This document shows positions 40,008 through 52,100 of a DNA stretch of 64,000 bases, piece after piece. Below the pieces are notes generated by a model. The model was not told where the DNA came from. It saw only the letters and a program-made list of their open reading frames with translations, and did not search any database. Every line of letters starts with the position of its first letter. Positions within the stretch are counted from its first letter, which is position 1. A program made the position numbers and the translations under genes. The DNA is from Bugula neritina (lineage: Eukaryota; Animalia; Bryozoa), in assembly GCA_964035545.1 (NCBI GenBank), contig OZ037768.1, positions 7,720,741 through 7,784,740 of the forward strand, written 5' to 3'.

Positions 40008-42678
40008 TCTTTTCCACTATACAAGTAAACCAATTCACATTACACATTTATACTTATACTCAAGGGTTAGAGCAGTAGAGTTGCTGATTAGTTTTTAATT
40101 TAATTATGATATTATAGGCTTTAGTTTGTTAGTTTTCTATCATGTTTTTAGTCTTTAAGCCATAGCTAAACACCACATTTTAGTCTTCTAATCGCTATCA
40201 TGGGCTGCATATTTCAACTATCAATAGGATAAAGTTTATACAGTAAGTTCAAACAGATAAAACTAGAAGAAAGATAGTTTATAATCAAAATGAATATAAT
40301 TCAGGTTCAGTTGAACATGCTCTCATATTTTCTGTGTACAAGCATTCCTGCTGTGTAGAGTTTAGAACTCCAGATTGACCATCAACTGGACATCATCGTG
40401 TTAGTAACTACTATGGTATTCACTATTAATAATTATCTATGGGTATTCGATTAAGTAAGCTTACCACATATTTCCATTTTAAATTTATGAGGCTAAGGGT
40501 AAGTATAACTACAAGTATTAGTATAACATTAACTTAAAATTCAACTATACTATAAGATTCAGATTGCAGAATAATCAAATCTTTGTTCAGATCAAATCAA
40601 ATCTTTATCAGCATTACTATAATTTGAATATTTCATAAAATTTGGTATAATAATTATCACCAATTTATCACTGATCACTTTGAGTATGACTATTTCATTT
40701 TTTAATCACTAACTCTAATCTCTAAGCCTAAGGACAATCACAATGATTTTCACTGTAAGTTTGAGTAACACAAACTGTAAGTCAAAGTGAAACCGACAGT
40801 GGAATAGTAATACCAATAGTATTAGTAAGTCACTCACTAATACTAATAGTCATAATAATAATAATACTAGTAGCAATACAGTATGAGTATTACTATTAGT
40901 AATAGTATACAGTATGAGTAATACCTATGCACTTAAAATTAAACTTAAAGTTAATCTTATACTAATCTGAAAGCGGTAAAGCCAAAGGGCAAGGCTCTCG
41001 GTGTATTACTATAACTATAAGGAAAACGTACAACGCAAAAAAATCACACAGGCAACCGATTAAAGCTTGGTAATGGCTCAGCCAGCTAAATTTGGTTTTA
41101 AATTTGGTTTAGCTTTTATTTATGTTAGGCTTTGCAAAAAATGTATCCAGGATAAAGGTGAAGATACTCACCAACACTATTTATAATCGTAGGCTGGGAT
41201 CATTATTGGGAAAATTGACCTCTCTTACATTTTTCATTGTTGTTATGATAGACATAAGGCTGACGTATTTCGTTACAAGCAAATTCCCCGATTTGGGGCC
41301 TCTTATAATCAATAAAGGAGTTGTCTTATATATAAAAGGAGATAATTCGAATGAACAAGGTTGTGCGTTCGCATTGCTACTATGAGTACAAATGTATAAC
41401 ACATGCAAACTGCAAATCTTAAGATTTGAAATTATAAGCTTGTGCTAAACGCAATATATGTTTTAATATGGTTTAATCTAAAGCAATCAAGTGCCTAAAT
41501 TTGTTTAGCTTCTGCTTAAGGCTGATATTGTAAAGCCGTAAAGGTTTTAACTTCTAAGGGGGTACATTTTTGATAACTTTTGTTAGGGTAGGCTCCACCT
41601 TATAATTGTCATAACTATAGGATGTGTTTATTTGAGATTTCAATTATAACCATTACATATAGGTAAGCAGAGAACTTATCGTGATCAGAGTATCTATGAG
41701 CTTGCATCGGTAATTGAAGTAGCTTAACTAGTTTTCACTTTAATTGTACAATATTTCGTTCATGCAGTTGTCAACAACTTAAGAGTATTTTTTATCCATT
41801 TATACTGATAATTTTTATTCTTTTAAATTATACACACTCATTTAAATTTGGCAATATAGAACTGACATTAAAACTGGAAGCTTTCTGGTGCAACGTGTTA
41901 AAATTAAAGCCGGTATACTATCAGAAATACTCTTTCTGCTTGATTAATATCACTTTTAATTTTAAGGCAAGTTTAGTTTGAAATAATATTTTTTGCATTG
42001 TTTTATTTTAGCTTTTGTTAAAACATAAGCCTGAGTTTTTAAACAACACACAGTAAGGATTAGTGAAGACAAAACTTTATGCATTATTTTTACATGCATT
42101 GGCTTAGAGATGTGTTTGTAGTGATTAAAATCTAGTGCTATTTAGAATGCTGAACAGAGCTTTATAAATGGTATTTATGACCTGGTATCGACCTCTGGCA
42201 TATTTAAATTACTGCATAAAAGTGAATTATTTTGGGTGTTGCCTCATACAGTGCTGCTTTGTTTAGCAACCAAAATACAAGTATAACAAGTTTTAAAATT
42301 ATGCAATTGGAAAGTATGTAGAACAAGCAAGTGCCATAAGTGTTATACGCAAACTTTTCAAATGTGATTCGTTTGCAGTACTGCCACCTATACCTAGTAT
42401 TATTGCAAATTCCCAAACCCCTTTCTGGAGCAAAGGGTTAAAGGGCATATATCAGGTTATTTTGGAGGAAAATTGCTTAAAGAAGCATCAGTTCGGAGTG
42501 ACTGAGGGGTTTGGGGGAGGAGCCTCGAGTTCGAGGATGGGGATTTGATGGTCCAACAACATTAATGCGTATACTACTGCACTCAGTCACTCTCTTACTC
42601 GGTACTGTTTCTAACAACTTTCGTTCTAAAATGGCCATGATAATTTATTTTTATGGGTACTACAATTTTAAACGCCAA

Positions 42679-42890
42679 GGGAGCAGCCAAGGTCTGGGGT
42701 TGGAGCATTTGCCTAGTAAACACGTAGTAATGGGTTCGAATCCCGAAAAAGGCTATTGGTGATGTTAGGAAAAGCATTCAGTCATAATAGCTCCTGTGCC
42801 CCATCTAAATAAGTCCTTAGCCTGATTTAACAAAAGAAACCTTTCCAATATCAGGGGTTTTCCCACAGGGATGGCGACTATAAGCTTCGG
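42679..42890 (+). mobile_element. tRNA-derived SINE, copy 2
   Basis: Perfect Pol III B box GGTTCGAATCCC at 42733-42744; body collinear with the other two copies. Confidence 0.88.
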
Positions 42891-44448
42891 TAAGTGAAAT
42901 ATATAATTTTACACGCGAGCAGGATTTACACGTGCAAAAGTTTTGTTGATTGGTTGGACAAACTTAAAACTATAATAAAATTATACCTCTTGAAAGATAC
43001 AGCCGTATAAACGCCAGGTTTTGTTCGTGTTAATTTTGTAACTATAACGAAGCACCAACGTCTTTAGGACTTTAGTAATTGTGAGGCGACCTCTAACGTT
43101 TCACAGCACAGCAACACTTGGCTGTTTCATTTTCCAATCAGCTTGACAATATTATTTTCTTTTATTTTATAACATTGTTTCATGCTTCAAGGAGCTGCCA
43201 TTTACGCGACTATTTTTTGTTGGTTTATAAGTGCTATTCTAGCTACAATTTACATAGCTATAGTAACAAACAAACAAAGTTAAATATAACTGTAAACTAT
43301 AACTATAAGTCAAGTTTTAACTTCAAGTCTTAGTCTAAGTCTTGCTATTGCTATTACTATTAGTATTACTATTAGTATTAGTATGTCATTATGATTATTA
43401 TATTTATTGTCATAATCATAATGATTATCATCATTATTACTCTTATAAATATATTTATAATTATTGAATTTATTATCTATTTTTATTCCTGTAGTAAAAA
43501 CTAAATTTTATGTTTATGATTAAGTCAATATGAATATAAATTATTTATTTATTTATTCAATGGTTATTTTTATTATAGCTAAACTCATATTATAATTATA
43601 TTTAATTATGATAATGATGATAATAGAGCAATTGATATTGATATTAACAGTAGTACTAAAACTAATAATCATACTCATAGTAATACTAATAATTATAAAA
43701 ATATGAATATCGTTATTTGATATCAATATGAATATGCTGTTAAATATCTATTAAATCAAGTATCAACATTATTTGATCAGTGATGTGAAACTGAAGTGAA
43801 TGTCTGTGACTGTTTAACTCAATCAATTTAAGTTTGCAAGTCCATGATTAAAATGTTAAAAAATTAATTGCATCCTCATCTGTTTATCTCGTCCTCATCT
43901 GTTACTTTCATTCTAACTCGTGGTCATAGTGACACCAACAGTCATACTTTTTTTTCCAAGTCCAACTTAGTCTTATATTTTGATTGATTATAATGGTGTC
44001 TATGTTCACATTAGGAATAATTTGTTATACAAATAAAATTATTGAAAATATTTTAAATCAAAATGATAATGGTTATATCTAAATTGCTAATAGTTAAAAA
44101 TAGAAACTAATCTAATTACTAAGAATGCAGTTCAAAGTTTTGTACCCAACTTGCAATTTCTATCAGATTTGCCAACATAATGTAGCCAAGTTTATCGACA
44201 TAATTTATGAAATGCTCATTGAAATGCATACATTAGTTATGCATGATTATTAATTTTTGATAGTTACACATGTAGCAAGTAAAGCAAATCAAACAATCCA
44301 CATTCTACATCATGCAAAAAAATTGATTCAAAGTTGGACATTCAAATTTAAGTTCAATATGCTATTTGCTTAAGCTCATCTGCTGTGGTCTAAAATTAGA
44401 TATTTATAGCATAAACTGCAAAGAATGCTGATTTTAAGCTGCAGTATA

Positions 44449-44501
44449 AAAATGAGCTGATAAGCTGCACAAAATGAGCTGATAAGCTGCACAAAATGAG
44501 C
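44449..44501 (+). repeat. 22-bp tandem repeat (~2.4 copies)
   Basis: aaaatgagctgataagctgcac aaaatgagctgataagctgcac aaaatgagc. Confidence 0.85.
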
Positions 44502-44639
44502 ATAAAAAGCTCCCTAGCACTAGAAATTTTAAAATTGTTACTAAACATTTAGCTCATTGCTCTGTTATTTATATAATTTGTATAATCTATATATTGTTTG
44601 TTAGGTGTATATAAGTTAGGGGTCAACTCATTCTGATCA

Positions 44640-45615
44640 ATGACAGAAGAACGGGGAGCTTTACTTTTGCGAAAACAGCTCGCAGGTAATGATTGTAAGG
44701 TTATCATGTTTTTAAAGCAATTGGTGCTGTATCAATCGACATGGAAATTGGGATTCACCAAGTTACAAATAGCATTGGTCAACATTCATTGATCTTCACT
44801 GAAGTGCAGCAGGACACTAAATATGGCTGGCTAATACCTTCAAAATAACAGCCTGTCAGGCATGCCTACTGAGAAAATCATTTGGTTTATTTAGAGCTGA
44901 ACAAGAGTTGTACAGAAGGGTTTTCAGCCGGATTAATTGATGACGAAGATATTTACAGATGGGAAGTAGTGATTTATGGCCCTCCTGATACTAATTAGTA
45001 AGTTTGGTTGTTTTCTGGTGCTTTTAAATTTATCAGATTGATGATAAGGTTGCACTAATTCTTATATCTAGTAGACACTTCTTTTACTAAAGGTTGTCAT
45101 GCAGATTTTCTTGTTTCTAGTGAAGGAGGATACTTTAAAGCTCATCTGATATTTCCTAAAGAATATCCTGACCGTCCTCCAAAGCTGACATTTGTTAGTG
45201 AAATCTGGCACCCTAATAGTAAGTTGTGTTAGACTGATTTTATTTATTAATTTGTGTGTTGTACCTAGAAAATGCACATGATGAATACATTTTAAGCATC
45301 TAGTTAGGAAAGTGTTTCATGTGTGCTTTGTATGTTCACCTTGCTCTGAATTTTGCAGTCGATAAAAATGGAGACGTCTGTATATCAATACTTCATGAAC
45401 CAGGAGATGATAACTACGGATATGAAAAAGCTGCTGAGCGTTGGCTGCCTATACACACAGTAGAAACAATCCTTATTAGTGTAATATCCATGCTTGCTGA
45501 CCCAAATGATGAATCACCTGCTAATGTAGATGCTGCCAAAGAATGGAGAGACTTTCCAGACAGTTTTAAGAAAAAAGTTGTGCGGTGTGTTAGAAGGAGT
45601 CAAGAGGAATTGTGA
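44640..45615 (+). CDS. UBE2G1: Ubiquitin-conjugating enzyme E2 G1 (Ubc7 family)
   Basis: Exons 44640-44685, 44895-44997, 45121-45218 and 45359-45615. Motifs: [70 protein letters not shown] (catalytic Cys plus acidic loop), [13 protein letters not shown]. Confidence 0.96.
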
Positions 45616-46161
45616 ATATTATCACCTTTGATTTCATGATAGTGGATTTATTAATGTGAACTAATATAAAAACTTGCCAATATTGCTCTGCGGAAAGTTC
45701 TTTGTACAAAGCTAATTTAAAGGAAGGTAAAATGATTTTGTTCTAACATTTTGGGACATCATAATAAGTCGGAATAGGTGATTTGATGGTGCTAGTTACA
45801 GTCCATACTATCCATACTATCAAATTTTAAAATCTGACTGTCTTTCAAGATAATATCAGTTGTTACTTGTTTAAGTTGTGGCTAACAGTTCTAATGTTCA
45901 AGACCAAATTATGATACGCACTGCTTTATTGTATTAAATATATTATGCCAAATAAACTTAATAAAGTGCATTTCAACAGGTGTTGTTATAATCCAACATA
46001 TGTAAAAAAAAATGATGGATTTACCATCTTACAATCTTCACTTGAATGTGATGCAACATTATCAGAAATAAAATATTCTTAGATGGTGCAGTATGAGTAA
46101 CAAAACTATGTAGTGAGTTCATCATACAGTCAGCATATAGTCTGTTCACGCCAAATCCTCG

Positions 46162-49100
46162 CTAGCTTGTTGGTTCTGACGATTGTAGCTGAAGCTTGAG
46201 CTGTAAAAGAAATAGGCAATGCAGGACAGTGTTTTCTGCCCAGTAACTGTGTTAGCCTAGCTTCATAGACTTATTTTTATTTAAGATGGAATGATAGGTA
46301 ATCATACACCTTTCTCAGATTTTGCTGTTACAAAATACAAGCTGAGGTGTGATATGTAAAATATTAACCTAATAATTAAAGTATTTGCTTTCAGTATAGA
46401 GTTCTCCCATCCTTAAAATAATATCTATTATCAAGATTGTGGATGATCTCAAAAATAAAATTTCTCACTAAAATATAAATTATTTGCAGATTATGATGCA
46501 AGTCATTACTTGAATGTTTTATCAAAATATTTCTATTGAATACACTGCATAGAGTTTAAACTATAAATATTGGCTAACAACTATCCGGCTATTATTTGAT
46601 CCAAATATAATAAGAGTTTACTAACAGCACTTAGCTCCTCTTTTAGTTGGACTATCTCTGCTTCTTTTCTATCTAGTTTGTCAGCCAGTTCTGATAATTG
46701 ACTGCCAGTAGAATCCTGAAAAACATATATTAATGTTGGTTTTTTAAAGCAATATGCCTTCTTTGATAACCTATGGGTTTTGCAATCTGTAATGCATAAT
46801 TTTTTTCAAAATAACAAGTACTTTGAGAAAAGAAATTAAGCTAAAAATACAGTATGCATGATTTTATCTTTCACCGTTTATAGTTGATATTACAAGTACC
46901 TAGTTGTCAGTATATATAAATAAAACACAGCTACAAATACATTATACATATAGTACATGACTCTAATAATTATTTATTTATATATACATAACCATTTTGA
47001 AAAATAAAATCAATACAATGTCAAATATCATAGTTTAGCTCTGCTATGCAGCCTGCAATATTCAAATATCCAATATAATATGATACTCATAGAGAGGAGA
47101 TAAGTCTGTATTCTGGATTAAAAATTTAGCAAAAGAAGTTATGTTCTCTCAAGAGTTCCAACCCTTGCCCTAAACCAAAACTTATCAAGAGAATTTAAAA
47201 ACTTAGGCTATTTATACTTCCTTGCTACTACACCTACCTGGGGGATGGGGTGATTCAAGCTCTATTTGCTTGTATGGCAACTATGTTATAGAATACAGAG
47301 AATTAAAACTTAGACAAGGTGAAAACTAACAACAGATAGGGACAACTTATATAAGTTAAGCATTACCTCAGTGTTCTCAGGTTCGGACTTGATGACACAA
47401 GTGCTTCCCTGAGCGTGCGTAGAATGACTTGATGATGAAACTGGCTGTGGTGGAGCAATTGACTCATCAACACAATCTGTTGATGTCTCGTCTTCTGAGA
47501 TTATTGTAGCAGTTACTTGAGAATGCTGATCTTGCACAGAATCTAGTCTTTCTATACTGTGCTCCTTCATTTCTGCTAGACGCATGTTAGCATGTTTCAT
47601 GAGACTTCTCTGCAATTATTGTATGTAAAATGACATTAAATATATTTAAATTATTAGGTGATGGATTGTTTCATTGTTTCAAAATGTTGTTTAAAGTTCA
47701 ATTTCAATGAAAAAGCTTTCAAATTGTTCAACGAGTGCCTTTATTGTTGTTTTTCATCTATTTGTAAGTGTTTAAATTAAATAGTAGGCTTTGATTATAG
47801 TAAAATTAATATTCATATTCGCATGTTACGTTTTACTCTGGTATACAGAAATGAAAGCATTTATTTATTCACTTATGGCATTTCTGTATTTGAAACAGAT
47901 AAACAAACAGACGAGGGTTTTAAAATAATTATTATCTATGATTTTATAAAGTCACAAAAAAATAGTTTAATAGCACACAGCTGTCATGGTAGTATAATAA
48001 GTTAGCTAAATTTTCCTTATATATTTTTCAATAGAGGAAACATTTTTAACTTCTGCTAAGGCTTTGATAAATTATAGAGTTTATATAATAATTGTATCCT
48101 TGAAAACCCATCTTTTACAGAGAGGTTACCTCACAAATCTTGTAAAATACTAAAGGCGTAGGTACTTTTTTGTGTATATATTTATTGCCCAAGGCTATAA
48201 TCATGATAAAATTTCCTATTTATACAGCACTTTAAGTTGAAAACTTAATCTTGATATTTTAACACAAATAAAATTATGCTTAAAGACAACAATAAGACTA
48301 TAAAGATTAGGAATTGTGTATCAATTTACTAATTAATACATTCCTTATAACTGCTATAGAGCATTAGTAGTAACATGCAGTCATACCTTTGCTGTGGGGT
48401 AATATTTTATTGCCCGTACAATGTCCTCTCTCTTCAGCACAAACAGCTCAGAATATCCCACAGACTTTACATCTGCTGTACGTCTGCATAAAATAAAATT
48501 TAAATGATTTCTTTTACATCAGGTTACACAGTATGAGGAATAATAGCTATAAATTGATCTGATACGAGTTTATTATTCAACATAGCAAATTAAATCTGGT
48601 GCATGTATATCAATTTTAAAATTCTCTGAGCTTTTGCAAATTGCATAAATTTTGTTTTCAATCTCTGCATTGTAGTAATGCTATTAAATTACCAATAAAC
48701 CTAAAAATCTATACTAATACAATTCAAATAGCACTAGAAAAAGGTTTTTTACCTGTTAATACCACTATCTAAGTTGAGAATTCCAATTTCACCGAAAAAG
48801 TTTCCAGTTGAAAGCTTCGCAATTATTTTTCCTTTTCCTCCTATAACTTCCAGAAGACCATCTGCTATGATAAACATTTCCCGAGCAATTTCTCCTTTCC
48901 TGACGACCATGTCTCCAGGGGTAAATATATATGTGTGCATTTTCAGTACCAAGTCATGCAGAAATTCTGGCTCACAATCTTCAAAAATGCTAACCTATAA
49001 TTTCATACAAAATTGAATAAACTTGTATAAAAAAATAGCAAAGTGGTAAAATTAACTATTAATTTATAATTATATTCTATATATTTATATCTTTATTTTA

Positions 49101-52100
49101 AGTAATGGCCATTAATATTAAGTTTAAGGACAGCATATTATTTAATATAAATGCAGTTTCTTGTGCCACCCATTACATAGTGGAAAAAGACAATCCAACT
49201 TTTTTGAATAATGAATGTTATAACCAATATCAGTATTATTTCTGGGGTTGAAATAATGAGTATATACACGTGTCAGGTGGCCACTGGGTACCTGTTTAAG
49301 GATGTCAAGATGAACGTGTAGAGCTAACTCTGTTTTCAGTCTATCTGGTAGCATCTTCAGTGAGTTGATATCAAGAGCTCCCTGCATCCTTCCCCTAGTC
49401 CACGCATAGTCACACCACCTCTGCACTCGAACTTGCATATCCTTAGGTACCTCGTGTTTTCTCATGTACAGTTTCGCACCATCCTAAATAATTCTTTCAT
49501 CAATAGAATGAGTATTATGTTTGTACTTGGCGTAATTGTGATGTTTTAAATTTAGAAAATTAAGTCTAGACACTAAAGTTTAGGGCTGTAAGGGTATCAT
49601 ATGCACTGTACACCATCCACTTAGATCAATGCTTTAATTTGTTGAACAATCAAATTTAGTCCTTTCAATCTTTTTAAATAATTATTTAAAGAGAAGACAA
49701 AATTATTAACTCATAACTTTATATCTTTTTAACTGCAGGCTGCTGCTTTGAATTTAGGATATTCTTTTAAATATGTTAATAATGAAACATTTCAAGAACT
49801 AATGTTCTGTGAATTTACTAAATTAGTGGATTCTTGTAGAAAGTACGTAGTTCTTGAATACTATATTTGAGTAATAGTAGTTAGATTTTTTATTTAAGCA
49901 GTCTATACCAGCTAGCCGATGTCTAATTTAGCTTGTGTGTCATTGATATAAGAATATACTGTTTCAATAGTGAAATAAAATTAGTTTTGTCTTTTTCTTA
50001 CCAGCAGCTGCTCATACTCGTGTCTTGTAGCATTGTAGTTGTTGATAGAATTCCCAACTTGTCCAACAATAGTAGCGAAGACAAACACACCAATAAGGTA
50101 GCTCAAAATTTGAAACAAGTACCTGCAAGCACATGTACGCACATGTAAGCCTGCCCTTACTTTATCATATTTATGTATTGTAAATAAGAACTATTTAAAG
50201 GAGTCAAAATGACGCAATGCTAACATGCAATGTAGCTTGGTCAGGCAATTACTTATGACTTCATGCAGTACACACAGCAGGTCTGGAAAATATACAGAAA
50301 CTAACATACATCTAGGACAACAGTTACCTGGTCTTCCAGTGACGACAAATACAATGATTGAAGAATTACAAATATTTCCCGTAAAGCAGTTTGCAATGTG
50401 TTATTTATAATAAAGTAATAATATATTAACCATCACCTAATTATTTTATTATAATTCTTAGAAATAAGTTTTTTACTCAATTTCATGTATAGCTTTGCAT
50501 ATAATAAAACATTTGATTTTTAAAACAAACTCAATGCTTGAAAAATTTTTACTTGATTGGTAACATTTTGATGGCTAAACAACAGTTCAACAACATATAT
50601 GTTGAAGTACAATATTATGCAAGAGAAGGATAGAAGAAAGATTAACTATAATTTACCACCCATGACTCCAAGAGTGCCTACAAATTAACTAGCAGTTATC
50701 AAAAGAATAACTGAAAAAACCTGCTTTCATCTGAATGTGGCAGTCTGGGATAAATATCTGTACAGTTTGAGTTGCTAAGGAATAATGACCATCATAATAA
50801 ATGTAAATAACAAACAAGTATGTATTTTAATACTTTAATTGTATGCGTGATTGGCTTATAAAAGATAATTTCACATTTATTTTTTGGAAATATATCACAA
50901 GCATATTATCATTACACATATAGTGGTATTTACGTCAACTGCCTAAATCTTCAGCTGGTCTAGGTAATGTATATTACATCATCATATTTGAGTACATTCA
51001 GCTAATTTGCTATTTATGACAAAATTTCCAATAAAGATATTTTCAAAGACGATTTTCTTACAAGTACCGGAGGGAGGTTTTGTGCTAGTCATGGTTGATT
51101 TTATTACTATTATTTAAATGATATATTGATTTCAATGTCTAAATATCAGTAACAGATAGAAGCAAATCCAAATTATTTTTCAGCAGCTACTTTTTTGCAT
51201 TTGATCTCAAGATAAGAATTAAGGTTTGATATCTTTTATAACGCCAAATAACCTATGAAAACTATTTTAATAAAAAAACCTTTTATATAGCCAAAGCTAT
51301 CCCAATAGGTTAAATATTAAGCAATATAAAAACAAATATATATGGACTAATGGAGGATTAGAACATATAAAGAATACCCCAGGAGACCTTTAATATTTAA
51401 CATAACCAGCAAAACTATAAACTTGAGTTAGTTTTTTTAAAAATAAGACAACTCTTAAGATTATCAATTTCAGAGAATAGCCAGTAAAACTGTATTGCTT
51501 TGGTTTTTAAAAGAAGGCAACTCCAGTTATTGAATGCAGGGGCATTTTGTAAATAACTAAAGAGAATAATTTCAGAAAGCAGCCGTGCTCTAGGGTTTAG
51601 AGTGCTGACTTAGTAAACACAAGTCATATTTCCGAACCCCAGTAAAGGCCATTGGTGATGTTGAGAAGAGCATCCAGTCATAATTGCTCCTGTGCCACAT
51701 ATGAATAAGTCCTTAGCTCACTTTAAAAAAACTCTTTCTATCAGGGGTTTCTCACAGGGATCATGATTATAAACTTTCGGGAGGTTTTTTTAAAGAGTTT
51801 TTTTACAGTACCACTAGAAAAAACTGTTTGCTAGAATATTAGAGTCACGACATATTAGTACAATAATTATACTTACTGCCAGTTAGTCTCAGGTGAGGGT
51901 AAGTCTCCTATCGTAGTCAATGTCAGCGTAGACCAGTAGAGAGACTTGAGGTATATTCTAGTAGTCTCACTGAATGTGGTCTCATTTGTACTATTTACAG
52001 GCCATGTGCCGGACAGGCCCTCGGCCTGTAGGAATTAAACAACCAGGGTATAATAAATTATGCATTACTACTTTGTAATAATGATAATTCAACTGCTTAT

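Noticed and set aside
42679-42755. Possible tRNA gene
   Set aside because: A and B boxes are present but no convincing cloverleaf, and it continues into a body shared with two other SINE copies.
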